Shown: positions 9,982 through 19,005 of the stretch, one piece after another | Position numbering within the stretch: position 1 is the first letter of the stretch | How the letters are laid out: the number at the start of each line of letters is the position of its first letter | Origin: Bdellovibrionota bacterium | GTDB lineage: Bacteria; Bdellovibrionota_C; UBA2361; JBIKUX01 | Direction: 5' to 3' | Assembly: GCA_044347345.1 (NCBI GenBank) | Contig: JBIKUX010000001.1 | Location: forward strand, 1-64,000 | Length of the DNA stretch: 64,000 nucleotides | Made by a program: the position numbers and the translations under genes | Notes under the pieces: generated by a model | Databases searched by the model: none | Told to the model about the DNA's origin: nothing | The model's input: only the letters and a program-made list of their open reading frames with translations

Positions 9982-10926
9982 TCAATTCTCTTCCTCTACT
10001 AAAATATCGAGAGGATTGATAAATATGCGAAATCGTCTTTCACCGAATTCAATTACGTCGCTGTGTTGCAGTACACATTTTTCACCGGAAAGATCAACAA
10101 CACGATTTTCATGTACTAAGTACACTCTGGTTCCTTGATCAGAAAGTTGATCAAGCACTTCAATAACACCCTCTGTACCAATCTTCATTATTGCATGATT
10201 AAAAGATACTGATGGATGGTCTATAACGAAATAATTACCCCTCTGAGGTATAATTTCACCACTACTCACTTTACCACTTACAGATAACCGACCTGTACGC
10301 AGCTCAACCCAATCTCCCAATTTATTAATATCGTAAGAAACTAGGAATCCAACCACTGGAGTCTCTTTTACCCATACGATTTCATCTCCAACTGCCGCAG
10401 CTCTAGGTTGTTTAGTTTCTTTTGGCATAGTAGTATTTTTATGCAAGGTTTGAGTATTAACCGTTTGTGGTGACTCCTTTAAAGTAGAAAACTCAGGTTT
10501 AGAAAATGAATGTTGAGACTCCTGCGCTACAAAGGCTCCCGCTGAGGATGTAAGAGACTCACTTTCTTCCTTATTATTTATTCCTTCTTTTCCCTCTCTC
10601 CAGGATGGATGAATAGCCCCGAACCCTTCTGTTTCTGTCGGTCTGCCCTTGATGCCACTAAAAGGTGTTGATGCAGATACGGATGTTGATGCGAAACGAT
10701 CAAATTTTTGCACACTCTCAAGACCAGCGGGATTTATACCATGGGCATTAAAAGTGCCTATCGAATGCGGCTCTCTTCCGTCATCCTCAGTTTCTTGCAC
10801 TTTTTCACGCATCTGGTTGGTAAGCTCTGGCGTGAGCATTACGGTTCTGTTTCTGGCACGAGGAGCCGCGTTAGAATTACGCTCGCCCATACCAAAAAGT
10901 GGATTTTCATTATCTCCCTTTGCCAT
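9982..10926 (-). CDS. FHA-domain protein (C-terminal, divergent FHA; disordered N-terminus)
   Basis: VVGFLVS...L..G, IDHPSVSFNHA, LDQLSDQGT, LQHSDVIEFG pattern of an FHA fold; lies between the kinase and PP2C genes. Confidence 0.8.
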   Translation of the reverse strand: MAKGDNENPLFGMGERNSNAAPRARNRTVMLTPELTNQMREKVQETEDDGREPHSIGTFNAHGINPAGLESVQKFDRFASTSVSASTPFSGIKGRPTETEGFGAIHPSWREGKEGINNKEESESLTSSAGAFVAQESQHSFSKPEFSTLKESPQTVNTQTLHKNTTMPKETKQPRAAAVGDEIVWVKETPVVGFLVSYDINKLGDWVELRTGRLSVSGKVSSGEIIPQRGNYFVIDHPSVSFNHAIMKIGTEGVIEVLDQLSDQGTRVYLVHENRVVDLSGEKCVLQHSDVIEFGERRFRIFINPLDILVEEEN

Positions 10927-10938
10927 GACTGTACCTTT

Positions 10939-12003
10939 CTATTTATAACCAATGCTCCAAAATAAAATTACTAATACCGCAATAATCAATAAAATTATCG
11001 CTATCATACTCTTTTGATAGTGATATTTATTCTTAACTCTTACGGATCTTTTTTTAGATTGAAAATGAATCGATTGAGCTTTTGAGGCTGAACTTTTTAT
11101 ATTAATCTTGGGCTTTTCATCGACTAATTCCACCTCAGCTAGAGATATTCCGGAAGGAGGTGATGTTTTCAACTCTCCACCAATAGGAATAATGGCTATG
11201 GTAATGTTATCAAATCCACCACGAGATTTTGCAAGATCAACAAGCTTCACACATGCTGTAGGAGGAGCATAAGACGTCCCAATAGAACGCAGCTCATCAT
11301 CACTCACTAGAGTATATAGTCCATCTGTTACAAGCATCAAAAGATCGCCTACATCTTCACTCGTATCCCATATCCAGTATCTGGATATGGGCATCTCAAG
11401 CACCGATTCTTCACCTATACAACGGGTTAAAATATGGGCTTTAGGATGACGTAACGCATCTTCAGGGCTAATCTCTCCAGATTCCACCAATTGCTGAACA
11501 TAAGTGTGGTCAGTAGTTAACTGTTGAATCTCTCCTTTTCTCAAAAGATAAACTCTAGAGTCTCCAATGTGACCAATAACTACTTCTGATCCTTGAATTA
11601 GAGCACCTGCGATAGTTGTGCCCATGTTTGCAAAAAGTTCATTTTGTCGGCGTAGAGTAATAGCTCTATTGGCCTCTCTTATTGCAGATAGGAATGCCTC
11701 CTCAGGTCGGCGCACCGGAGACGATTCAAAATCACGACGGATCGAATCTATGGCAAGCTGCGCTGCAAGCTCACCACCCATAACTCCACCCATGCCATCA
11801 CAAACTAGCCAAGCCACCCCTGAAGGTCCTTCAATTACAGCATATCTGTCTTCGTTAAATTCTCTTTCACATCCACTATCTGTTAAGGCAGCAGGCACAA
11901 AATGCTCTCTTGCATGTGATGCGCCTTTTTCTCGAGAATCTCGAGAACGAGATTCGGCATTTTTCACCATTTGAAGCCTTAGTAAATTCTCGCAGACATA
12001 CAT
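10939..12003 (-). CDS. PP2C-family (PrpC/Stp1-like) Ser/Thr phosphatase with C-terminal TM
   Basis: REFNED, VCDGMGG, MGTT, HIGDSRVY, LTTDH, VTDGL, GGFDNIT. Confidence 0.95.
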   Translation of the reverse strand: MYVCENLLRLQMVKNAESRSRDSREKGASHAREHFVPAALTDSGCEREFNEDRYAVIEGPSGVAWLVCDGMGGVMGGELAAQLAIDSIRRDFESSPVRRPEEAFLSAIREANRAITLRRQNELFANMGTTIAGALIQGSEVVIGHIGDSRVYLLRKGEIQQLTTDHTYVQQLVESGEISPEDALRHPKAHILTRCIGEESVLEMPISRYWIWDTSEDVGDLLMLVTDGLYTLVSDDELRSIGTSYAPPTACVKLVDLAKSRGGFDNITIAIIPIGGELKTSPPSGISLAEVELVDEKPKINIKSSASKAQSIHFQSKKRSVRVKNKYHYQKSMIAIILLIIAVLVILFWSIGYK

Positions 12004-12107
12004 TTAGAGTTTCGGTTATCCCGCCAAAATGCTGGAGCCGAAATGAAATATAACTATCAAATAAAAAATGATTTTACTTTGACAGATAAATTAGGATGTC
12101 AGTAATT

Positions 12108-13223
12108 TCAAGAATCTACTATTATACTGATGTTTTTAAATTGAGGAGGGTTAAAATTATATTCGCCCAACTCTGCCAAAAAAAGCCATCTAAGAAGCTC
12201 ACGATAGAAACCAAATAACGGAAACCTCTCTGCAAGTTTATCACGCAATGCTTCACGACGAGCTTTAAAGCCAACATGGCTCTCGCCGGTAAGACGCTCT
12301 TTTTCTGCTAAGTAATTTCTCAATGGCTGAACCTGAATTTCAAAGGTACTATCAGCCCACCTCACTACAGATTTTATTGCCTGCCAACCACTCGCTTTTT
12401 TGTGTTCTGCATCCAGGTGCTCCTTAGTTTCGATGAATTGTAATCTCTTTACTTTTTCATCAAAGATAAGACCTAATGAAGTAAGATTAGGGTGAGACCA
12501 TGTAATTTGTCTGAGGCAAGCATGCACTTTTTTTGCCTCATCTGTAGAGCTAACAACAATCTTCAATCCAAAGACATCTTTAATAAAACGACTCAGATGA
12601 ACTAACTTTTTATCCATCTTTACTAATTGATCGACTTGAAATATCTCATCCACTACCTTATTCCACAACTCTTGTTCAGCTTTTACTCTGGTTAAAACTC
12701 TATGAATACCGAATTCATTTGGCTCAGTAGCAACATATTCTACGACGTTACTAACTAAGCTTGGTTTAGCCCAAACGCTCCCGTCAAAAAAAAGTAGTTT
12801 ACTCAACTGAAGATTACCTAGGTCTAAATCAATTGTTGAAAAGAGTGTTTCAGGTGCTACTGTTTGACTCAAAGTAAAGCGCTCCTTTGTAGAAGCCATT
12901 TCACCTATTACGACACTATGAAGATGAAAATTAGTGAGTAGAGTCCTACTCATTAAGAGTCCCAGACGATGCAACTTTTCCTCTCCGGCTCTAATCATAG
13001 CCGCAAAATCCTCACGCACTCTACCGAGTAGGGTGCGTGATAACTGAACCTTTATAACCATCTCTGGAGACTGCTCAATTTGTTCCTTAATGTGCTGAAG
13101 ATATTTAACAAACTCCTCAAGATGAGGAGCTTCTCCGAGAAGCCATAACGGAGAGCGGTCGCTAAACTCACACCGTCCAGTCATACTACCACAGCTTGAA
13201 TTATCTAACTGATCCTTGTCCAC
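12108..13223 (-). CDS. Divergent RelA/SpoT-synthetase-like nucleotidyltransferase domain protein
   Basis: Ordered motifs RVK...K, KDVFGLKIVV, KEHL...KKASGWQAIK, FEIQVQP, AE...SH.GFK parallel the RelA_SpoT Syn1-Syn4 motifs; no hydrolase, TGS or ACT domain is evident. Confidence 0.65.
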   Translation of the reverse strand: MDKDQLDNSSCGSMTGRCEFSDRSPLWLLGEAPHLEEFVKYLQHIKEQIEQSPEMVIKVQLSRTLLGRVREDFAAMIRAGEEKLHRLGLLMSRTLLTNFHLHSVVIGEMASTKERFTLSQTVAPETLFSTIDLDLGNLQLSKLLFFDGSVWAKPSLVSNVVEYVATEPNEFGIHRVLTRVKAEQELWNKVVDEIFQVDQLVKMDKKLVHLSRFIKDVFGLKIVVSSTDEAKKVHACLRQITWSHPNLTSLGLIFDEKVKRLQFIETKEHLDAEHKKASGWQAIKSVVRWADSTFEIQVQPLRNYLAEKERLTGESHVGFKARREALRDKLAERFPLFGFYRELLRWLFLAELGEYNFNPPQFKNISIIVDS

Positions 13224-13741
13224 TAAGACTCCTCAGGACAGTTACTAACCTTCGGCACTGCCTCAACATTAACACCGGCACCGTGATTAAATACTAGCTT
13301 ACCGCCTAGGTTGGAAGTCACAAGAACTGTAGCAAAAAGTACAGATAGTGCTCCCATAAAAATAACCCAATGAGCTACCTTTTTAACCGTTTCTAATGAA
13401 ACTAACAAAATTGCTCCCCATAACGGGACGAGTCCAATTAAAAGTATCCGACCCCATATAAAATGCAGAGCAATAGCTTGATTAGGTACACAAAAAGATT
13501 GGTCAGCAAAATCTTGTGCGATATAGCCGGTAATAAAGGCCAAGATAATCCCAACACTCGCCCCAGCCAACAAGAACAAAGTCATCCCCCTAGAAAAATC
13601 TAAAAAGCTATTAACTTGGCTTTGATACTGTCGTACATAAATAAAACAAAACAACTCCCAGAATAAAGCTGCCAGCACCAGAGGTAACGGTAGACTAGCA
13701 AATACGGGATGAATTGAACCTATGAACTGAAACAGTTCCAA
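13223..13741 (-). CDS. DUF2231-like membrane protein
   Basis: IHP..LP, ITGY, LH, GGKLVFNHGAGV; about 4 TM helices; stop overlaps the next start (TAGTG). Confidence 0.7.
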   Translation of the reverse strand: MELFQFIGSIHPVFASLPLPLVLAALFWELFCFIYVRQYQSQVNSFLDFSRGMTLFLLAGASVGIILAFITGYIAQDFADQSFCVPNQAIALHFIWGRILLIGLVPLWGAILLVSLETVKKVAHWVIFMGALSVLFATVLVTSNLGGKLVFNHGAGVNVEAVPKVSNCPEES

Positions 13742-13789
13742 AATTTTATCCTGATTATAATTTAAGCATAATTAACAGAAGTTTGTACT

Positions 13790-14929
13790 TTATCTACAAA
13801 CTAAAACTAACATAGTCACATCGTCTTTCAGTATGCGCTCTTCCAAAAATTTCTTAAAATCATCAAGCAAAATATTTAGTACCTCTTGAGCTGTATATTT
13901 ATCAGGTAAATTGACGAGAACTTTCTTTAAGTGGGTAGTGCCGTACATCTCACCAGCAAGATTTTGTGCTTCTGTTATACCATCAGTAAAAGCAAGAAAA
14001 ATATCGCCCGGAGCCATATCTATTTCTTGCAAAGAATAACTACTTTCCTCAAAAAATCCCAACGCGAAACCTTTACCTTTCACTTCATGCACTTCATTTA
14101 CATCCCGAAAGAAAACCAGAGAAGGAGGATGCCCCGCACTTGCATATAATAATGTTGCAGTGTTTGGCTGAAATAACCCGCATCCCAAAGTCACAAATCT
14201 TCCCTCGGGAAGCTGTGGGGTCATTAATCTATTCATACCAGAAAGTTGTAAATCTGGGCTTTTTTCATGAACTGCACTCATCGCAAGTTTAGTCATACTT
14301 CCAAGAAGTGCGGCTGCAAGACCATGCCCGGTCACATCTGCCACTAAAAATGAAAGCTGTTCATCCTCAAATGATGCCTGATACCAATCTCCCCCGACCT
14401 CATCTAGTGGAGAGTAATATACTGCCATTTCAAAGCTTGAATGTTTTGGAAGTTGATTAGGAAGTAGTGCTTGTTGGATTGCACGCGCCTCAGCACGCTC
14501 CTTCATTAATCTTTCATTAACATCGCGCAAAGTTGCATTTATCTCGGTAACATCAGCAGTCAATTTATCAGCACCATCAAACTTGCGTAATCGTAACTGA
14601 AGTGCGATCTTACTGGCTATGACTCCAAGTGAGACATTTGATGAAATTACCTCAATCTTTTCCCCTTGTATCTCAGGAACTTGCACTGACTCGTCAGCTA
14701 TATAAACTATTGGGACTCGCTTAGAATGTTGCTGACTTCTAATAAGGTGATAGAGAAGATCATGGTTCTCCTCATTTCTAGAATCAATGACAATGAGGTC
14801 AACTACTCTTTGGTCAAGAATAGAGACAGAAATGTCATTTTCTCCCTCTTGGAGTACTTCGTACCCCAATCGTCGGAGCATCCGAGATAATTGCTCATCT
14901 CGTCCTCCAACTATGAGTACAGAATCCAT
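13790..14929 (-). CDS. Receiver-like domain + SpoIIE/RsbU-type PP2C phosphatase
   Basis: N-terminal REC-like fold (DLIVID), coiled coil, ARAIQQALLP, VGGDWY, VADVTGHG, SAGHPP, FTDGITEA, DDVT. Confidence 0.92.
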   Translation of the reverse strand: MDSVLIVGGRDEQLSRMLRRLGYEVLQEGENDISVSILDQRVVDLIVIDSRNEENHDLLYHLIRSQQHSKRVPIVYIADESVQVPEIQGEKIEVISSNVSLGVIASKIALQLRLRKFDGADKLTADVTEINATLRDVNERLMKERAEARAIQQALLPNQLPKHSSFEMAVYYSPLDEVGGDWYQASFEDEQLSFLVADVTGHGLAAALLGSMTKLAMSAVHEKSPDLQLSGMNRLMTPQLPEGRFVTLGCGLFQPNTATLLYASAGHPPSLVFFRDVNEVHEVKGKGFALGFFEESSYSLQEIDMAPGDIFLAFTDGITEAQNLAGEMYGTTHLKKVLVNLPDKYTAQEVLNILLDDFKKFLEERILKDDVTMLVLVCR

Positions 14930-14994
14930 ATGTATCTAATCTTAATTTCAGCTAATTTTACCTTCGGATAATTTAAAAAAAAACGTTAACACAA

Positions 14995-16260
14995 ATGAGC
15001 TTTCTATCACGCCCTCAAACTATAGAATCACCCAAGAGTGAGGTTAGCAATAATTCGCTTCGTTATATCAAAGGAATGGAACTATCCTATTCGCTACTGG
15101 TTAATTGGCCGTTGTGGTGGATTTTACTGGCCGCCTTAAGCTTTTTAGTGGAGCGATGTTTTGTTTCAACATTTAATTCGTCTTTTGCTGGCCGCATTTT
15201 TCTACTACTAATGGATCAACTGATTGATGTTCTCTTTGCTTCAATTGGCACAGCACTTTTACTAAAACTTCCTCTCACTCAAAGTATCCGTTTTAAGCCT
15301 CTTTTACTGATAGCACTACTTGGAGGACCATTACTTTCAGCTCCGCTGTTATTTTATGAATCTTTATCTGGCTCTTTAGATTCTGTATCACCAGCTTTAG
15401 CTTTAATTTGGCTTGTTCTAACTCTATTTGTAATAATTGCGGGTCACTTTATCTTTGTGCCAATAGTTTTTGGCGAGGAGAACATTAAGCAGATATTTCA
15501 TAAAACGATAGCCTACGTTAAAGACGACATGTTTCTTCCGCTACGCGCTATTGTTCCTGCAATTTTAATCCAAGCTCTACTGCTCGGTATTACCAAGTGC
15601 TTATTTCCGGAAGCAAATAACTTTTTCACCTCTCTTATGAATGGTGCTGGTTATGCCTGTCAAAAAATTTTACTAGCTATACTCTCGGCTGGATACGCTG
15701 TTGCATTTATCCCTCCTTTGATTGCATCAGGACAGGTTAGAGATAGCGATCACTCTTTAAAGCAGGTTCAACTAAATTCTCTAATTATTGCTATCTTTAG
15801 CGGTAGTAGAAAATTTATCGCCATGACAGTTGGAATCTGGCTTATTGCTTTGTTGCGATTTCAAAGTGCTCCACTGATTGACCCTCCGCAATCAGTAAGA
15901 ACTGACTACAAAGACAAACAAATAGTAATCCACTTTGAGTTAACAAAGATTCCTCAAGCAGCACCAATCTACGCTAGCCATTTTTCTCTACGAACAAAAA
16001 ATGGTCGGGAAATCTCAAACGCCCCTACAAGTCTTGCAGTTAATGGCGAACCTCTTGATTTAACTAAAGGAATACTCAATAGAGACAAAAACCAGAAGCT
16101 TTCTCTCACTTTTACAACTTCCCGCAGCAAAGACCAAATTGAGCGCCTTACGTCTCTTTATTTATGGTATCGCTCTCAGCCCCTTATAGCTTTACACGAC
16201 CAAACACCTGAAAAAGCTACCAAAAATCCTCCCTCGACACCGATACTAAATATGAGCTAA
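14995..16260 (+). CDS. Hypothetical polytopic membrane protein with soluble C-terminal domain
   Basis: 421-aa ORF with about 7 hydrophobic segments followed by a hydrophilic domain. Confidence 0.7.
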   Translation: MSFLSRPQTIESPKSEVSNNSLRYIKGMELSYSLLVNWPLWWILLAALSFLVERCFVSTFNSSFAGRIFLLLMDQLIDVLFASIGTALLLKLPLTQSIRFKPLLLIALLGGPLLSAPLLFYESLSGSLDSVSPALALIWLVLTLFVIIAGHFIFVPIVFGEENIKQIFHKTIAYVKDDMFLPLRAIVPAILIQALLLGITKCLFPEANNFFTSLMNGAGYACQKILLAILSAGYAVAFIPPLIASGQVRDSDHSLKQVQLNSLIIAIFSGSRKFIAMTVGIWLIALLRFQSAPLIDPPQSVRTDYKDKQIVIHFELTKIPQAAPIYASHFSLRTKNGREISNAPTSLAVNGEPLDLTKGILNRDKNQKLSLTFTTSRSKDQIERLTSLYLWYRSQPLIALHDQTPEKATKNPPSTPILNMS

Positions 16261-16290
16261 TTTCTCCAAAAAAAAGCTAAAGTCCTGCCA

Positions 16291-16324
16291 GTGTACCTGG
16301 CTTCACTGTGTACCTGGCTTCACT
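16291..16324. repeat. 17-bp tandem duplication GTGTACCTGGCTTCACT x2
   Basis: Read directly; spans the stop codon of the 16303-16809 gene. Confidence 0.9.
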
Positions 16325-16809
16325 GCTAAACGCCAAGATGGATTCACCTCTCTGCCAATTTTGGCATAAATGGTGTTTGGTGGCTCTCCTATTCCCCCTG
16401 AAGCCAGCTCAAGTTCAAAGTATGGCAAGTTAACGGTAGCAGGGCCATGAGTTACCTCCCCGTTCAAATTGTAGGTACTGGTAGTAACTCGCGACCGAAA
16501 GAATGACACAGGAGAGCTAGACGGCACAGAAGATTTAAACAGTGGACTTTCTCCGGAAACGAGGAGTAATGGAGTTAAGTCGAAGGTGCAAAGAGTACTC
16601 ATCGCAAAAAAACCTTTTTCATCATGACGCAAAAGAATCGCTTCTTTGAGCAAGAGCTTTTCAGACTCAGAGAAACTATCTACTTTACCAAGACGAAGGT
16701 AACCAAAAGGTCGATGTTTACCGCCAGTATTACAACCACCTGCAATAACAGAGGCCAAAAAAAGCATACTCAGAATGATAGAACTTTTCCGAAGCATCTT
16801 TAGAAACAT
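16303..16809 (-). CDS. Putative lipoprotein with degenerate Rieske-like fold
   Basis: Lipobox-like IAGG-C; FFAMSTLCTF (cf. A.S..CTH), S.Y.L.GEV..GPA..NL (Rieske C-terminal pattern); second CxxH absent. Confidence 0.65.
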   Translation of the reverse strand: MFLKMLRKSSIILSMLFLASVIAGGCNTGGKHRPFGYLRLGKVDSFSESEKLLLKEAILLRHDEKGFFAMSTLCTFDLTPLLLVSGESPLFKSSVPSSSPVSFFRSRVTTSTYNLNGEVTHGPATVNLPYFELELASGGIGEPPNTIYAKIGREVNPSWRLAVKPGTQ

Positions 16810-16915
16810 TGCAAATTTAACAATGGTACACTTTAAAGAGAGCTAAGAGACTAATTGGGGCTTTTCTTACTGCTAGCATTAAACAACTATGCTTGTTAAA
16901 ACTCTAATTAGTTGG

Positions 16916-17206
16916 TCACTGTACCCAGGGCAAAGCCTGACGCAAAGAATTAAGGAGTTCTGTGATATTTTGACCGTCCTCAGCAACTATTACGCCACTT
17001 TGAGTTTTAAGAGCAAGCTTTCCTAAAATACGCTCTCGCTCTTCGTCACTTCCTTCCCAAGGTATCTCTTTAACACGGTCAGCTCCAACTGTTGCAAGAT
17101 CCTCCTCTAATACTTCCTTCTCAGGAGATAAAATAATAAGATGATGCCCGTTAATAGTGACGGCTGCTGGGCGTCGACCACGATAGGGTATAAATATTTT
17201 TTCCAT
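16916..17206 (-). CDS. Hypothetical protein (96 aa)
   Basis: ATG at 17206 with GAGGTG upstream avoids overlap with the divergent 17307 gene; globular composition (MEKIFIPYRG...). Confidence 0.65.
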   Translation of the reverse strand: MEKIFIPYRGRRPAAVTINGHHLIILSPEKEVLEEDLATVGADRVKEIPWEGSDEERERILGKLALKTQSGVIVAEDGQNITELLNSLRQALPWVQ

Positions 17207-17306
17207 ATTAACTATGTAACCACCTCTTGGAGAAATACAACCAAGTTGCAGGCGAATAAATAATGCTAAAGTAACAATACTAAACGACTGATACATATCT
17301 AACATT

Positions 17307-18224
17307 ATGTCAGATTTAACAGTTGGCCTAATACAAAAACTTGTTAACAATCCCGAGTCGCAGAGAGATTTAGGCAACAAAGAAAAAATTATCGACAACA
17401 CCCTCAAAAGCAAAATCAGTAACGATGATCACGAACTTTTCAGTAAAACCGCTAGTCCTAATCCCTCTAATATCTCCTCAAAGAGCCATCATTCCAGATT
17501 TAAAGATAGTCCTAAATCACCAGTAAATCTCCCTGAGGAGCCTACAACCTTACAAAAATTTAGTACGCTAAATTTTGATAAAGTTAAACGAAGTGCAGAA
17601 ACCGTAAGAGCCGCTTCAAGATTAATAAAAAAAGATCCACAAAAGAAGATCTTAACCTCTATTCCGGAACCGATTAATTCGAATCTTAGCACTGCCAACT
17701 CTGCTAGTGGGATAAGAACTATTCCAAAAAGACCAACCTCTCTTATTCAACGATTAACACACACCTTACTGTACGGCGGTAAAAATATAATCGAGATACT
17801 TTTAGAGCCTTTAATAAATCTTTTAAGCTCAAAAAAAATAGCTAGGCGACGGGCCTTACTGCAAATTCTTACGATTAAAAAACAAGTCTATTCAGACAAA
17901 ATTCAGCAAATTAAAAATTTAAACCTAAGTAAAATCACCAAAAACTTAAATGCAAATAATAGAGTAGGAGTCCAAGACCTTAAATTTGAAGAAACAGAAA
18001 AAAAGCAATTAGAGGATTTATCTAACCAAAATCTCGATGTTTCCAATGGTTTTGGTATAGAAAACCCTGATACGGTAATGCCGTATTACAACCAAGTAAA
18101 CACCATCCACTTTGATGACAACAACGGCGCTGACTCCTTAAGCCTCCTCATAATGCCAATAATTTCTCCTATCCGCAAAAAATTGCGAAAAAAGAATCGA
18201 AAAAAAAAGATTACTCGAGATTAA
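17307..18224 (+). CDS. Hypothetical basic, S/N/K-rich protein
   Basis: 305-aa ORF with no recognised motif; poly-basic C-terminus. Confidence 0.6.
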   Translation: MSDLTVGLIQKLVNNPESQRDLGNKEKIIDNTLKSKISNDDHELFSKTASPNPSNISSKSHHSRFKDSPKSPVNLPEEPTTLQKFSTLNFDKVKRSAETVRAASRLIKKDPQKKILTSIPEPINSNLSTANSASGIRTIPKRPTSLIQRLTHTLLYGGKNIIEILLEPLINLLSSKKIARRRALLQILTIKKQVYSDKIQQIKNLNLSKITKNLNANNRVGVQDLKFEETEKKQLEDLSNQNLDVSNGFGIENPDTVMPYYNQVNTIHFDDNNGADSLSLLIMPIISPIRKKLRKKNRKKKITRD

Positions 18225-19005
18225 CAAGCTGGTCTCTTACGGCTGGTATTCGCTCAACTACTTTCTTAATTAACTCCTCAGCCTCTGTTCTCTCTGCTGG
18301 AGTATTAGCTAAAAGTTTTAAGGTGTGTATAGCTCCAGCAGCGGCGTAAGTACCCGTTAGAGCGAGATTTTTTAAAGACTCACGGTCGCCCTTAATACGA
18401 GCTATAAGAAGAGCTTTTAATTCAGCAATTATTGGATTAGTTGACTGCTGATTGTTAGCTGATTCTACTTTCATGAGAGCTAGAGCTTCGGCACTCTGAC
18501 CACTGCGCATAAGAGCAATCGAGCGATACAAAGGAGCTAGCTCCACTCCCAAATTAGCTTCATCTGACAAAGAAGTTACAGCAGCATCAAAAGCTTTCTT
18601 AGCTCCCTCTAAAATAGCTTCATCACCTTGAGGAGAAACTCCTAACTTCTCCTTATCCTCCTTTTTCTCCTCCTTATTACCCTGAACCTCATCAACTGAT
18701 TTTTCCTTTTCAACTGGCGCGATGATAGCGGCAAGCTGACCTCTTACTTGTTTTAACTTAGAGGTTAGTATTTCTTGTTCACGAATACGACCTTTTGCAA
18801 TCGACGAAACAACATAAAAAATAGCCCCCACAAAAACCACCACTAAAACTATCTCGCGCAAATTGCGCTCGATCAAGGCGAGTACCTTTCGGACTAAGTC
18901 ACCGCTATCTGCTGAAAGTAGGCTATCCGTTTGCTTGGAATAACTACTAGATGTAGCTATATTTGGCGCTGAGTCTGAGGGAGGAAGAACCATGAAAACA
19001 CTCAC
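18211..19005 (-). CDS. Single-pass membrane protein with helical-repeat domain (YfgM-like)
   Basis: IERNLR followed by one TM helix and an Ala/Leu-rich TPR-like domain; start overlaps the upstream gene's stop. Confidence 0.5.
   Translation of the reverse strand: MSVFMVLPPSDSAPNIATSSSYSKQTDSLLSADSGDLVRKVLALIERNLREIVLVVVFVGAIFYVVSSIAKGRIREQEILTSKLKQVRGQLAAIIAPVEKEKSVDEVQGNKEEKKEDKEKLGVSPQGDEAILEGAKKAFDAAVTSLSDEANLGVELAPLYRSIALMRSGQSAEALALMKVESANNQQSTNPIIAELKALLIARIKGDRESLKNLALTGTYAAAGAIHTLKLLANTPAERTEAEELIKKVVERIPAVRDQLVNLE

Noticed and set aside
17207-17413. 5' extension of ORF 16916-17413
   Set aside because: It overlaps the divergent 17307 gene; the ATG at 17206 has an RBS and is the better start.
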